A stretch of 64,000 nt of DNA from Guillardia theta CCMP2712. Its lineage: Eukaryota > Protista > Cryptophyta. A program made the position numbers and the translations under genes. Numbering within the stretch: position 1 is the stretch's first letter; each line of letters begins with the position of its first letter. Below the pieces are notes generated by a model. The model was not told the origin of the DNA, did no database searches, and was given only the letters and a program-made list of their open reading frames with translations. Below are positions 24,625 to 43,401 of this stretch, piece by piece. The stretch is from NCBI RefSeq assembly GCF_000315625.1, contig NW_005434604.1, positions 248,001 to 312,000 of the forward strand, given 5' to 3'.

Positions 24625-24695
24625 GGGAGGAGGGAGGAGGGAGGAGGGAGGAGGGAGGAGGGAGGAGGGAGGAGGGAGGAGGGAGGAGGGAGGAG
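24625..24695 (+). repeat. (GGGAGGA)n purine tandem repeat
   Basis: Seen directly. Confidence 0.9.
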
Positions 24696-25401
24696 TAGAG
24701 GATGAGTAGAAAGGCAAGAATGAAAGAGGGACAAAAGAAGGAGACAGGAACAAGGAGGAAGGAAGGTGATGGAGGAAGGAAGAGGAACGAGGAAATTGAG
24801 GGTAAGAAAAGGGCAAGGAAATTGTCAGGGCAGGCAAAGGAGAGGAGAAAAGAGGAGAATGCAGAACGTGGGGGCTGATTGAGATGACGAATTTGTTCAG
24901 GTCTGATTTGCAACACTCCCCTCCCCTTCCGTCCGAATTTCAGGTGAGAAAAAAGGAGGAGCGATGCAGGATAGAAAGAGCAGGAGAGCTGTTAGAAAGA
25001 CAATGATGAAGAAGAAAGAACAGAGAGGGAGGAAAGATTGCTTGCATCTCATGTTTTCTTTGCAGCAACTCGGGAGTTCGATGTAAATTGCCAGCTGTCA
25101 TCACCTTTGAAAAAGTTTGCGGGGAAGAGAGGAAGGTGGAACTGATATCAGTAGGAAAGCACGTGAAAAAGGAAGAGGAGGAAACGAAAGGGGAGAAGGA
25201 GGAAGATCATATGAAAGAAGAGGATGAAAAGAAAGAGGTGGAGGAGAAAGAGGAGGAGAAGCAGAAGGGAGAAGAGGATGAAAGAAGGAGGGTGGAGGAG
25301 AAGATGACAATGATTGAGCGGGTTGTCTTCGCCGAGTGGAGCTTGTGTGCTCCTATTTATGGGCCCCTGGTCATCGTCCAGCCTGCCAAGTGCAACACCA
25401 T

Positions 25402-25501
25402 NNNNNNNNNNNNNNNNNNNNNNNNNNNNNNNNNNNNNNNNNNNNNNNNNNNNNNNNNNNNNNNNNNNNNNNNNNNNNNNNNNNNNNNNNNNNNNNNNNN
25501 N
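25402..25501. other. Assembly gap (100 N)
   Basis: Run of N. Confidence 1.
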
Positions 25502-25854
25502 TGGAGGGTGGAGGGAGGAGGGAGGATAATTCAAGCAAAGACCAGTCAGGGAGAAGGACGGAGAGAAGAGAGAGGCAGAGGAATGCTGGAAAGGGGGCAG
25601 GGAGCCAGAGCATAGTGATGCCTCTTCCTACTTGTGCAAGCACACAAGTTGTAAGCCGCTCCAGGTATAATACGCTCTCAAAGTCTTTGAAAGTTCACTA
25701 GGGGTAACGATGAAAGGTTCTGTATATCGACATATCGATAACGTGCTAACTAGAGCTGAACCGCCTTGACTTGAGGGTTCATCGAAATAGAATTCTTTCA
25801 TTTTGAACAGAGCAGTGTATGAAAGGGTTACGATGAATTAAGATGGTTCTCTTT

Positions 25855-28465
25855 GTGCTGATTCAATCTTCGTTTGTGGATGTTGCAATGATGTTGAGGA
25901 GTGAGAGCTGCTGCTTGTTTCTAAGTGAAAGAGGAAACTACATTACAAGCAAATCAATAACATAAACTACAGCACGCAAGATTGCACTCAGTCTCTCAGG
26001 TACTCCTTCAGATACATCCAACGATCATGATGAGTAGGCGGAGGCGAGACAAGATTACAGATGTCAGGATTGAAGAGACAAACCTGCATGTGCATCATCT
26101 TACGAAGGAAGGGTTGAGAGGAGTAGCGCACTCACTGTTGCAAACATGTTCTGTTCCTTCCCAGCAAATCGCCCTCGTAGTATGTAAATTTCCAAAGTCT
26201 CATAAAAGATGTCGCTCCACTCCTGTCTCACCGGGTGAAAAAGGGGAAATGCAAAGCAATTCTTACTTTGATCGCCTCTTTCCTCCCTCCAAAGATACCT
26301 GCCCCAACCCTGTAGATGGATCAAAGAGTATCATCGTAATTGTTGTATCTCCATCCTCCTCTGTGCTTGCGATCCTACTGCATACAATCCTACATACAAG
26401 ATGCATCTCCGCCTCCCTCAGCTACCTGACTTCGTAGGTGAATATCGGACCAAGAGGATCCGTCCACAGATCTTCTTTCACACCAAATGGCTCGATCTGC
26501 AACAGCACAATCTGCAAGCAACAGCACCATCAGCTCTCCACTCCTTCCTCACCATCCTCCCCCTCCTGCCTCACTATCGTCTTCCTCCTTCCCTTCATGC
26601 TCCTTCCTCTCTCTACCTCCCCCCTCCTCCCTCCTCCCTCCTCCTGCCTCTCTCACCTTGTCCTGCGGTATCTTCGACAGCCCTCGGCCGCTCGGCCACC
26701 TTCTGTACATCTCCATCTCCTCTCTCTTCCGGAAGATCCCCGCATCCACCCAGAGAAAGGTGTCGGAGCTGCCGCTGCCGTCACGGGTAGCACAGAAACG
26801 AGGCGAGAAGACTTGAAGGGGTTCATCTCGATGACGCGCAGAAGGAAAGACGTCTTCTCGTTCCAAACCATATACAGCTCAGGTGAGTGATACTGCAGCA
26901 GTGAGTCAGACACGTCAGAGATGATGACACAGCATGGTGCACTAGAGATCGCCCGAACGCCACCATCAACCACGCGCGAGAGCGGAGAAAAGGAAGCATT
27001 TCACAGACAAGACTTGACCTTCTCGTCGTCCATCTCATAGTGTTGGACGAAGTCATCCTTCCACTTGTACACGAAGAAATCTTGCATCTCTAACATAAGC
27101 ACCTTGACGTCTGCAAACAGCATCGTCATCGTCATCTCAGATGTCCCTCGCACCCTCACTCTCTCTCTGTAGCCTCAGCTTCTCCAGCAGTCTCCATCCC
27201 ATCGCGTTCGTGAATACCACTGCAGCACAGACTTCAGCTGACTCCACCACAAGCCCAGCTCCAGACCGATGGGGCTCTCGACGTACTCGAAGAAGTTCAT
27301 CATCCACTGCTCGTAGACCTCCGCTGCTCGTTTCGATGGCACCTGACAGTCATGCCGTCATCCCACGTCACTCCTCCTTCCCCTCCCCCTCCCAGCCTTC
27401 ACCGGGTAGTAGGCGGACACAAGGGTGAACGACCCGCCAGCTTCCGACGAGACCTCGGGGCTGCTGCTTCCCGCCGGCTCTTTCTTCTCAGCTGTCTCTA
27501 GCGCATCCTCTGCTCTCACCTTGTGCTCGCACTTCTGCCCTTCTGTCGACATCTGCATCCTCATACGGCTCATGGTTCGCCGCACACAAGGCAGCCAAGC
27601 TAGAGCGGACTCGTCGTGCACCTCGTTGTAGTCCGAGCTCTGGAACCATCGCTCTATCCCACTCCTCGTCTTCGGGTTCAAGCTCTCGCTGTGCTGGGCG
27701 TTGACTCCGTCCTTGTTCAAGTGCTTCCACATGGCATCCGCCAGGGATTTCGTCTTGTAATGGTGCAACCGCAACAGGTTGCTGGTGAAGTCTCCATCCT
27801 CGCTCTCTGTCGGCAGGAGAGAAGAGTCGTCATGCATGCGCACTCCTTGCTCGTTCACCGCAAAGTATCCATCCTTGTAGTAATGGTTGTGAACGGCGCA
27901 CGCTGAGATCCTCTCTCCTTGAGCGATCACCTTGAACGCGCATGTGTCTCCGTTGCACTCAGCCTTCGCTCTCCGCTGCGTGTAGCTCTCAATCACAAGC
28001 CCCTGTGGCGGACGGATGTGTCCTGACGAGCCGAACAGCGTCCATGGCACCACGACGCCGCCATAGTCTACAAACCTCTCGAGCACCTCAGGGAGAGTCT
28101 GAGAGGAGTTGGAAGGGAAGAGGAACTCGTCGACGTCTATGAAGGCCAACCACCTGAGAACGAGAGGATCAGCCGCCTCAAGAGACGCTTGCGAGGTCTT
28201 GATCTTACCTTGCTCTCCTAGAGTATCGCTCTACGCAGAGATTGTACGTCGGAATTTGAGGATCCCTCACGTTGACTGCTTGAGCCACTGTAACAAGGCC
28301 GCTGGCAACGTACGGCTGCAAGATCTCTTGGAAGCAGAAGTCGCTGGGCCTGTCGAAAAACAAGAAGAAATGCTCGATGCCTGTACAGAGATGAAATGAC
28401 AACCATTCTGAGAGAAAACGATCCTCATCGCGGAATATCGTGCAGGCAGCAACTTGAAACTCGTA
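25855..28465 (-). repeat. Right arm of the inverted duplication (partner 15198-17877)
   Basis: Reverse-complement near-identity, except 26178-26489. Confidence 0.92.
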
Positions 28466-28606
28466 CTCTTTACTAGCCAAGCTGCAGGAACGAAGACTGC
28501 AAGTTTGATTTGTTGTACATGATGTTTCACTTGCTATGCCATTCAATCCCGACAGACATGGCAACGTCGCAAGCATTGGTATCAGCATGAACGTCACAGC
28601 ACGCAT
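25988..28606 (-). CDS. GT92-like + HtrL/YibB-like fusion, copy B
   Basis: Same motifs and exon structure as copy A, with its own leader MRAVTFMLIPMLATLPCLSG. Stop at 25988-25990. Confidence 0.75.
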
Positions 28607-28927
28607 TCTTCCCCTTCGCAAGCGGCTCCATTACATCACACTTCCTCCCAAAAGCCAGCTGGGGATCTCGGCAACAATATTTTATTGAATGTTTATTGAT
28701 TCTTTTATTGTTCTGACTCAGTTGCCACATAGCCGAAGCCCGACCGGGGCCGGGCCCCGGACTCGCCACCGCCGCGCTGTGGCCTTGTTGTACGGAGGGT
28801 GGGGTCATCTCAGGTCACGAGCAGGGGTGGTTGGGGTCATGTTGACAACAATTGCATCGGGCAGTTGGCGGGCAATGAGGGAAGGGAAGGGGAGAGATCA
28901 GTACGGTCTGCTCGCAGTGCATGCTGT

Positions 28928-31841
28928 ATGGCATCCACTCATGCGACCGCCGACAACTTTGAGCCATTCAGCCAGGAGCAGACGTGTTACCGTAGTGCTG
29001 CGATGAGATGGTACAGACAATCTCTCTTTGATCCTGCTTTGCAGGCATCTCCACCATTTTATCTAGATGCCATCGGATCTGAACCAATGAGCCTCTGACA
29101 AGTGAAGGGCTACTCAGAATGAGCCAGGGTGAGAACAAGGCAGCTGCATCATAGGCTCTAGCTCACCTTCTACCAGAAGCCCCGCGACCCACATCTCGAT
29201 CCTCCCTGAGGCCGAGATCTTCAGGCAGATATTCCATGAAAATGCTACAAGGAAGTTGATGCTTGTTCAGAAGGAAACTTCGTTGCCGCGCCGCCAGCTC
29301 GCCCCCCGTCACGAGGATCTTCTTCCGGTAGCCTTGAACCTTGTCCTTGTACTCGCTTCCTCCTCATCTTTGTCGTCAGTCATCAGGAGGGTCCATGGAA
29401 TCGAGGTTCCGCATTCTTCTCCACGTTTCTGGGAGTGACGAGAGGCAAAGATCGCAGCTGACAAGGGGGGGGCAGACTCTTTGAATCACTCTCCGCGAGA
29501 CGAGGAAGAGGAGATGCAGGAGGAGAGCGGCGGGAGGAAGATGAGGGCAGAGGACGGACTGATCCTCCAGGGCATCGTAGGAGGCGCAGTGGACCCAGAG
29601 GTCTACTACGAGGAGAAAGGAGGAGAGGACAAGAAAGCAGCAAGCAAGCCTGCAGTCAATGATCTGCTCGGACCAAGAGTGGTCAAGGCAATCGACGAGT
29701 TCTCCAGATCCGTGAGAGAAATTTCATCGCAACGTTGTGTTGTTGGTTGACATGCTGTTGTTTCCTTCTTTCCTGCTCCACAGCTGGAACTTTCTACGAC
29801 CACTTGGAACGAGATGAACATGCTGCTGCAGGTCCCTTGAAAGATCCAAACTTGCGTTCAGAAAAGACTCGCAGGCGATGCTGAAGGAGAGAGGCGAGTT
29901 GTTGAAGACGATCTCGAGGTCAGACTTGCAGCCCCGTTGCAAACCTGCATGTTGCAGGACTCACGAGGTTTGACAAGGCTGGAAGAAGATCTTGGTCAGC
30001 TCTCAGGTCTGCTCACTCCTTGGAAAAGTTTTTGTCTTGATGCCTCAAAGATCAACGGGCGAGGGAGCACGAGCAACACAAGAAAGAGGTGGAGCCTCGC
30101 GCTCTCTCTTGATCTCGCAAGTACAAATTGACTCGCTTGGTTACAAGATGGAGGAAGCACTGAACAAGGCAGCGGCAGCCTCGCAAGCCTCTCTTGATGA
30201 GGGTTGAGCACTATTGTTGTAGATTTTGCCAGATGAAAGTGTTGTATAGCACGTGCAAAGTGGCACAGGGAGACGGCAGATCAGCTCAGCAGCCTGCGCG
30301 CAGTAAGTCACAAGGAACAAGGATGCCTGAGGTTTACCTGGTGTCTATAGGAGGGCGAGCGAGATAAAGAAGCTGCCCTGGCAGACCTTGCGAGTCAAGC
30401 AGGTTTTCTGTGAGACTCTTGGTTACTGTCAGTCAGCGAGACATGTAGATCAAGACCACCAAGAAGCTCTGGAGGTCGCCCGTGTGACGGCAGAACAGGT
30501 GCAAATGACGGATCGTAGCAGGCTCGCTGACTGGATCCTCGCAGGAATTGCTGGAAGCGTTGAGTGCCGCTCGTCAGGTAAGGACCTGTCTTTGAGCCTG
30601 TTTGGTACTGATGCATGGATGAAGCGAGCAGAGGAGGAGAAGCTCGAGGCCTTGACCGTCAGTTCCGTCGGAGACTTTTCTTGCCGTCTGAGATGAACTA
30701 CAGATACTCCGGCAAAGAGCTCTGCAAGAGCAGCAGGAGGCGATCGACGAAGTCGTCTTTCCCTCCCATCCTCGTTCCGCTACTTACTTCAACGATCAGT
30801 TGCGCCGAGTGCACGAGTTACAAGTTCAGGTCGAGATGTCAAACGCCTGAGGGATCGTGACAGCCAACTTGACAGGAGGCTGTCAACGAGGCTCTTTCCA
30901 AGGCAGATTCTCAGAGGGAGAAAGGTAATCTTTATCTCATCGTCCTAGTCCCACTCATGACCCTAGTCCTTCTCGTCCTCCTCTTCCTTGTTCCGTTTCT
31001 CCTCCTCTCCTTTCGTTCTTTGTTTATCCTGCTCCTTTCACATAAAGACCAAGTGACATGGGCGTGCCAGCAATCATGCAAGAGCGAGAAAAACTACAGC
31101 AAGAGTTGAAGAAGTCATTGTTCCCCGAACGTCTCAAGAGCCTCACATGTCAACAGAACCATCTCGACGGAGCGTGAGAGGATGCAACAGGAGAAATACC
31201 GGGCACTTGCCGGTAGCTCAACAAAACTGCAGAGGGTAGCGGCTGATGCTTCTCTGATGCCTCAGAGGAGCGAGAGAAAGCGAAGCTTGCGCTCGCTCGT
31301 ATCGAAGCGCTCGACATGGGTGAAGTCCTCTCCCGTTCCATCCCTCTCCTCTCGCTCCCCTCTTTCCTGCTGCTTGTCCTTGACTTGTGTAATTCTCCTC
31401 AAGAACGCAAGAGAAACGAGGACATGAAGCTTGCGATCGAGAAGGCTGCCTCCATCGAGAAGGCCATGTGCGCGAATTGTTCCCAAGAGTTCATCGTGCA
31501 GGTGTCTGCACTTATCCTCCCCCTCCCTCCTTCCTCACTCTTGACAGGACAACAACGTTGGGAGCTGCAAGTGTATGTTCAACCCCAACAGCGTGGCCCA
31601 GGTCCTCCAGAATCTCGTCGCTTTCCTGCCTCATCCTCAACCAGGTTCATGTGGAGGGATATCTCTGGCATGCAGGAGCAGAGCTGACCAACTGGGTGAA
31701 GCTGAGAAGAAGGCAAGACGAGGAATCGGCAGCATAGGGGCTGACATGGAGCGCAGGTGGTCGTGCTGCCCTCAAAACGAGGTCTTTGGAACGTACGAGG
31801 ATCTGAAGAAAGTTGGATGCCGAGCCCATATGGCCCTTTAA
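28928..31841 (+). CDS. Hypothetical coiled-coil protein, many short exons (ends approximate)
   Basis: Chain of short E/K/A-rich exon ORFs separated by roughly 50-nt GT/GC-AG introns. The last ORF ends AHMAL* at 31841. Confidence 0.45.
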
Positions 31842-31911
31842 GACCCTAGCAACAACTTGACTATCAACAGTTGCATGTGTTGTTCAAGGCATCTAGGGAG
31901 TGAAAGTGAAT

Positions 31912-31912
<1 letters not shown>

Positions 31913-31943
<31 letters not shown>
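31913..31943 (+). repeat. (TTG)n microsatellite
   Basis: Seen directly. Confidence 0.9.
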
Positions 31944-31959
31944 ACACATGGTGATCACA

Positions 31960-32925
31960 CCCTTCTCATGCTCAGGCACGGGACTCGAATCCCGGGGTCA
32001 AATCGTGTCTGGGGTTCTCACGCAAATATTTCTGATGCGGAAGAATCAACGTCAGCTCGCTCATGGCCGAAGCATTTCAAACTGACCTGTGAGCGATAGC
32101 TGTAGTAGATGGTCACGGTAATGAGCAGGAGGAAGAGAATCACCATGAGATGGGTGACCTGCGGAGGAATCAGAGTCAGCTCTGAAATTTCACGGGGGAC
32201 TACGACATCGAGTCGAGGTCACGTTACCTTGTCCGTGTGCCCAGGGATGTAGTGGCTGTTCTGTTCGGTCGGTTTCTCATTGATCGCCTATATCACCAGG
32301 GAGCTCACAAAACAAGAAACTCCAACGACTCAGGTGTCACCTTCTCAACAGAGTCGATGAAGGTTGCTCCAGTTCCACCCGCTGCCGAGACAACCGTAAG
32401 AAGTGTTCAAACAAAGAATCTGTGGCTGATATCACATGGCTTGTCGGTCGCTTCTGCAGAGCCGCCGTCAGCTGGTGCTACGGCAGGAGCGGCAGGTGCG
32501 GGGGCAGGGGCAGGGGCAGCTTCCTCTTGGAGCGTTTGATGCTTGCTCGGAGCGTTTGCGATCGCAGTCTGCGAAAGCTGCCAATCAAGATTCAAACGAT
32601 CGAAGACAATGATGGGTTGAGCTACCTGCTGCGAGCTCCCGCGATGTCCACTGATGATGATGGCTTGAAGGCGGCAACCATCAACGTTGGAGACTCGAAG
32701 ACAGTCAAAGGATTTACCTAGTAGAACTGTGCAGGCAACAACAGCAGCGACGGTGTTCCTTGACCTGCGCCTACTCCTTCACTCTCTCGGCATGATGTAG
32801 GAAAGGGCCTTGCCTTCTCGTCTCCTCCGACGCGCTCGTCCCTCTTACGCTCTGGAACATCAGCAGGCACGAGTCATGCGGCAACATCAGGAGCAGAGGG
32901 TTCTTGTCTTGTTTCCCTCACCATG
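31960..32925 (-). CDS. Small hypothetical membrane protein with Ala/Pro-rich linker (multi-exon)
   Basis: ATG|GTGAG at 32925. Exons encode a hydrophobic segment, EEAAPAPAPAPAAPAVAP and a C-terminal TM helix VTHLMVILFLLLITVTIYYSY. Confidence 0.45.
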
Positions 32926-33236
32926 TTCGGCGCTACGGCGCCATAGGCAGGAGGATCGATCGCCGCGTTGGTGATCGCCATGGCGATCTATTTCCGGTCC
33001 GGAACCCCTCTTGACTTTTTTTTTTGGTATCTTTCACTTTTACACAGATGTTTTTTTGAATTTGTTTTAGTTTTTTTTATTTCCCCCGACAGGAGGCTGG
33101 TCTCATCAGGTCTCATCAACCCGCGTCTCCGTCTCTCCCCTCCTTGCTCGTCATGCTGACCTGAGCGCTTGACGCTGCCATCCAAACCCCTCAAGTCCCT
33201 CCCCCACAGTCCAGACGGGAGGAGACGAGGACTACG

Positions 33237-34791
33237 ATGTGGAACGTGTCTGACATGTGCGATGACCTTCATCACAGGGACTTCTCCTCTCTAGATATGC
33301 TCAAGCTTATATTCCCCTCCACCTACTCCTTCCTCTCCCACCAAGTCCCCTATCTGCTCGGTATCTCCGTCATCGACAGGCTGTTTCCTCCATGGACCGT
33401 CCGGCAGTGCCCGGAGATCCGCTGGGAGGTTGAGCTTCCAGAGGAGCGAAGACTCTACTTGAGGAACCCGACCCTGATCCTCATCCAGCTTTCCGGGATC
33501 CTGGTTGGGATTGTTGGTGCGCTCCACTGGTTTCATGGGAGTAGGAGGAGGAGGGAGTTGGTAGCACAGACTAGCACGTGGTGTCTCTCTTGGAGCTGGA
33601 TGTTCTCCTTCCTCTGGTTTGCAGCCATGAACGCATCCTCGGTCTTGGTAAGCAACCAAGTCGCGCCGGTCCTGCCTCACCCTGCCCCCGCAGGTCCACT
33701 CCTTCTTCGAGCCGATCTCTCCAGCATGGCGCCTCTGGCTGGCCTGTGACGTGACAGCTACTGGCATGGCGTCAACCAACGCCTTGCTCGCCATTGCTCC
33801 TCTTCCACAGCTCCAGGGATCCTTGACTGCCGTCACCTTGCTGAATGTGCTGCTGGGGACTATTGCCGCAAACTTGTCCCTGCTGGAGTGGAGCTGGCGG
33901 GAGGAGATGTTGTACGTCCTCCCGACGATCATCGCAGGTTTGCCTCGCCTGCTGTGGGGACGCAAAGAGCTGATGATGTTAGCGCTTGCCCTCTCTTTGA
34001 GCTTCCTTGGAAGGGTGAGGCGGTCAGAAGCCTCCAGGAAGGTCAGAGGAGAAGAAGAGGGGAGAGAGGGGAGGAAGAGGGAGGGAGGGAGGGAGGGAGG
34101 GAGGGAGGGAGGGAGGGAGGGAGGGAGGGAGGGAGGGAGGGAGGGAGGGAGGGAGGGAGGGAGGGAGGGAGGGAGGGNNNNNNNNNNNNNNNNNNNNNNN
34201 NNNNNNNNNNNNNNNNNNNNNNNNNNNNNNNNNNNNNNNNNNNNNNNNNNNNNNNNNNNNNNNNNNNNNNNNNNNNNGGGAGGGAGGGAAGGAGGAGTGT
34301 AGAGAGCAGGTGGGAGGGGGAGGAGGGTTCAGGTGGGAACTTGCTCTTATGGATCAACTCGCAGGAGATTTTCTTCTTCCTTCTCATGGTCCTCACTGGA
34401 GCTCTTCCTCTACTTCTTGCTCCTCTGTCGACACCTGGTGCGATCGAAAACCTCGAGCACCTCCCCTTTGATCTCTTTTCCCTTCCATCCTCGTGCTCGT
34501 GCTCGTTCTCCTGCTCCTGCTGTCCTTCCCTTCTCCTTGCCGCCAACCTCTCTTTCCCCTCATCTTGCTTTTCTCGTCCTCATCCTCACTCGCAGCCCTC
34601 TGCTCGGTCCTCGGCAGTCTTGTCTTCGGCCTAGTTCACCTCGCGTTCCTGTCGAGGTATCTGAGGAGAAGGCGGGGAGAGGGAGGGGGGCGACGAGTGA
34701 CGGCCTGCCTGTCAGTGTGAATATTTACTTGCTCATGATGTTCTGGTTGGCTGCTGCGCGCGAGGGCGAGGAGGAGAAGAAGAGGAAGTGA
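33237..34791 (+). CDS. Hypothetical polytopic membrane protein (spans assembly gap)
   Basis: Consecutive hydrophobic ORFs 33237-33749, 33751 onward and 34333-34791 with intron-like breaks. Confidence 0.5.
34081..34177 (+). repeat. (GGGA)n microsatellite running into the gap
   Basis: Seen directly. Confidence 0.95.
34178..34277. other. Assembly gap (100 N)
   Basis: Run of N. Confidence 1.
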
Positions 34792-34859
34792 ATCGGATGA
34801 GGAGCAGAGAATTTCAACGACGATGAAAACCGATAGAGCACTCTCCTCATTGTCTTGCT

Positions 34860-40877
<6,018 letters not shown>

Positions 40878-41229
40878 GTCGTTTACCTCTCCTTGTCCAG
40901 CGGCCGCTTCTCGCTCATTGTGCACAGGCCCGATAAAGAAAAGGCAGTGTAAAATACACTTCAAAATTACCTAATCAATAATTGCTGCCCCCTTACACGC
41001 CTGCTTGTGTGGGAATCAAGTTTTAGTCAAGTAGTAAGCCACGGGTTCTTCAGATATTAACTAAAAGATACATTGTGTTGACTAAAAGTTGGCCACGGTC
41101 AAACGGTCACTCCGACACCCGAGTCCGACAAGGATGGTGGGGCGACGTGGAGGAGCGGACAGAGGGAGGGAGAGGAGGTGCTTGGAAGAAGCAAGAGGAT
41201 GGGACATGGGAATTTAAAAGGCTGGTTCG

Positions 41230-41622
41230 TTGGATCCTTGCATGTGGAACGAGTTTTCTTCGAGGTTGGAGGCTCCTGTGTCGAACCGTCCAGACTTTTC
41301 TGAATCCCCCAGCGCTGGAAAGTCGTATCCTTTGGACCACGATCGCCCTCGAGACACTAATGACACACTTACTCCCAGCCAGAGGCGATTGGTCAGCAAG
41401 TACTCCGAAAACACGACTCCAAGTGATCAAAAAGGCGGAAACCACTATCCATTAAGAAAACCGCCAAAGGCTACTATTCCTCGAGATTTGATCCGGGATC
41501 TACATGCGAAAACTGCATCTCTCCAACAACAGTTGCGTACAGCTACAGATCAAGTTCGATTGCTGCACACAGAGAACGAGTCATTACTACAGTCAGCTTC
41601 ATATGAGCAAGTACGAGCTTGA
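41230..41622 (+). CDS. Hypothetical coiled-coil protein (probably the first exon of a longer gene), similar to the 1076 gene
   Basis: 130-aa ORF with LTPSQRRLVSKY and DLIRDLHAKTASLQQQLR..ENESL. Confidence 0.4.
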   Translation: MDPCMWNEFSSRLEAPVSNRPDFSESPSAGKSYPLDHDRPRDTNDTLTPSQRRLVSKYSENTTPSDQKGGNHYPLRKPPKATIPRDLIRDLHAKTASLQQQLRTATDQVRLLHTENESLLQSASYEQVRA

Positions 41623-42697
41623 TAATCATGCATAGATTCCCTTGACGATAGTTCCCATAGGCTCTCAAGTACCTGGACACTGTATCGCCATACAGTGCGG
41701 TAGCAGATCTCTCCCTCCAATCCCATGTATTGAACTATCCCTACCCGCTGTCTCCCAGATCGCCGAAAGTCTTAGCAGGTGAGAACATCCCCCCAGGCTA
41801 TCCTGCATTACAAATAACAATAATCTAGGTACTCCATCCAACGATGAATCCGCCATACGACCGATGCAAGGTGCAAGGAGCACCTTTACGTGCATATAGG
41901 ATCAGGGTATGGAGAAGCTGACACCGTAATGGTGGAGAGCTCCGACAATTTGTAATTGGATGACTATCAGCTCGTTCGACGCCATCAAAGTAGCTGTTTG
42001 GACTTCCAACAATTCTGAAATTCAGGATGTAGAGTAAATGAACATGGGAAAGATCTGTTTAAAATCGTCTGATACCGTTAAGTTCGAAGGTCTTCAGCCA
42101 TTCTTAGAAGATTGGGTACACACAGAAAGCAAAAACAACAGTTGCATCGAACATGCTTGCAATCAGGTCCAAGGAGGAGAAGATGGTTTTTTAAGGAGAC
42201 AAATGCCGATCTCACGACCTGGCATGTAGGAGAAAGCGAGATATGCATTCAAATGGGAACACTTGACAAGACGAAATTTGCCAACCAACATCATATCACC
42301 CATAACAGAAAAGCAAACCAAATAACTCTATTAGTCATTCGAAGGTCGCTTAACGCCTTAACTTCCCATTCATTCACATGTATTCTTGTCATTTAGTATC
42401 AACGGTTCTCATCAAAACATTTCTTGCTGAGTGCGATAACAATCTTCTCAGTTGCTTGTCTACAGACAGAAAAACTTGATTTGAAGTTATTTGTTCAAGT
42501 TCCACTATCAATGCGCACTGACCATCGTCTAGGAGTCCGTATTCTCCTTCTTGCCCTTGAAATTTACCTCACGATACGCTTGCGGATGATCGTCAATCCA
42601 GTAACGGTAGATCTTCTGTCCCTCCCAACACTTGCCTGACCCCCTTAACCCTGCTTGTCATCTGCCTCCTATCTTACACCCCCGTCCCCGTTCTGTC

Positions 42698-43401
42698 TTA
42701 CAGCTCGTCCTCTCCGCACTCGTCCTTCTGGATCAAGAACCACCTGATAAACGCCGGATCTAGCCGCCCGCCCTCCCCTGGCTCGCTGCTCGCGACGTTG
42801 GCGTCTGAAGGTGGGGGCTCGCTGAGCATCTCGACTCCCTCTGTCCGGCCGCCTTGGCCAAGCCCAAAGTCTCCGTCAGCGCGCGAGTGAGACCGAGAAG
42901 CTTCCTCCTGCTCGCTTCCTGAGGCCGCGGAGTCTGACGGGATGTCTGGAGCTGACCCGGCCGAGGCCTCTGACCGCGAGTCCGACAACCCCGCGTGGCT
43001 TCTCCTGTCCACAAGGGTCGGCGTGTCCGCGGAGTACACCCGTCTGGTGCTCGAGGCTGACCCCTCCTCGCCTGCCTGGGGGCGATGAGGGCGGTCAGGT
43101 CTGTCTGAGGCTTGGTCGGAGTCGTCGCGATGGCGAGGATACGGCCACTTGGGTACTCCCAGCCTCTTGCACGCCCCCCTCAACGCGGTGATGGAGATGC
43201 CCTGGAACGCACGCGCAGTGTCAGTCGGAGGCCATCTGCGAGAGTTTTTTTGGAGGGGGAGGGGCATACCAGCTCCTTGGCAGCCTGGTCCTGTCGGAGG
43301 TGGAAGAGGTTAAGGATGTCGGAGTAGGAGAGGTTGACGACGCCATTGCGGTGTGTCTCGCCATTCTTGCGACGGGGGAAGACTTGCACGGTCGGGAACA
43401 T
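42698..43401 (-). CDS. RWP-RK domain transcription factor, copy 1 (intron 43202-43269)
   Basis: VFPRRKNGE..LSYSDILNLFHLRQDQAAKEL|GISITALRGACKRLGVPKWPYPR, with a 68-nt GTATG...CAG intron. Confidence 0.88.

Noticed and set aside
23450-25800. Genes in the spacer between XDH and the right inverted arm
   Set aside because: Only short, motif-less ORFs, low-complexity tracts and a gap; exon-like fragments near 24880-25400 cannot be assembled with confidence.
31975-32000. tRNA B-box-like GGGATTCGAGTCCC (and GGTCGATTCC at about 57256)
   Set aside because: No cloverleaf or A box can be built; the first lies in a probable coding exon.
42698-42712. C-terminal EDEL/DDEL as an ER-retention signal on the RWP-RK proteins
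   Set aside because: No signal peptide on a nuclear DNA-binding protein; an acidic tail explains it.
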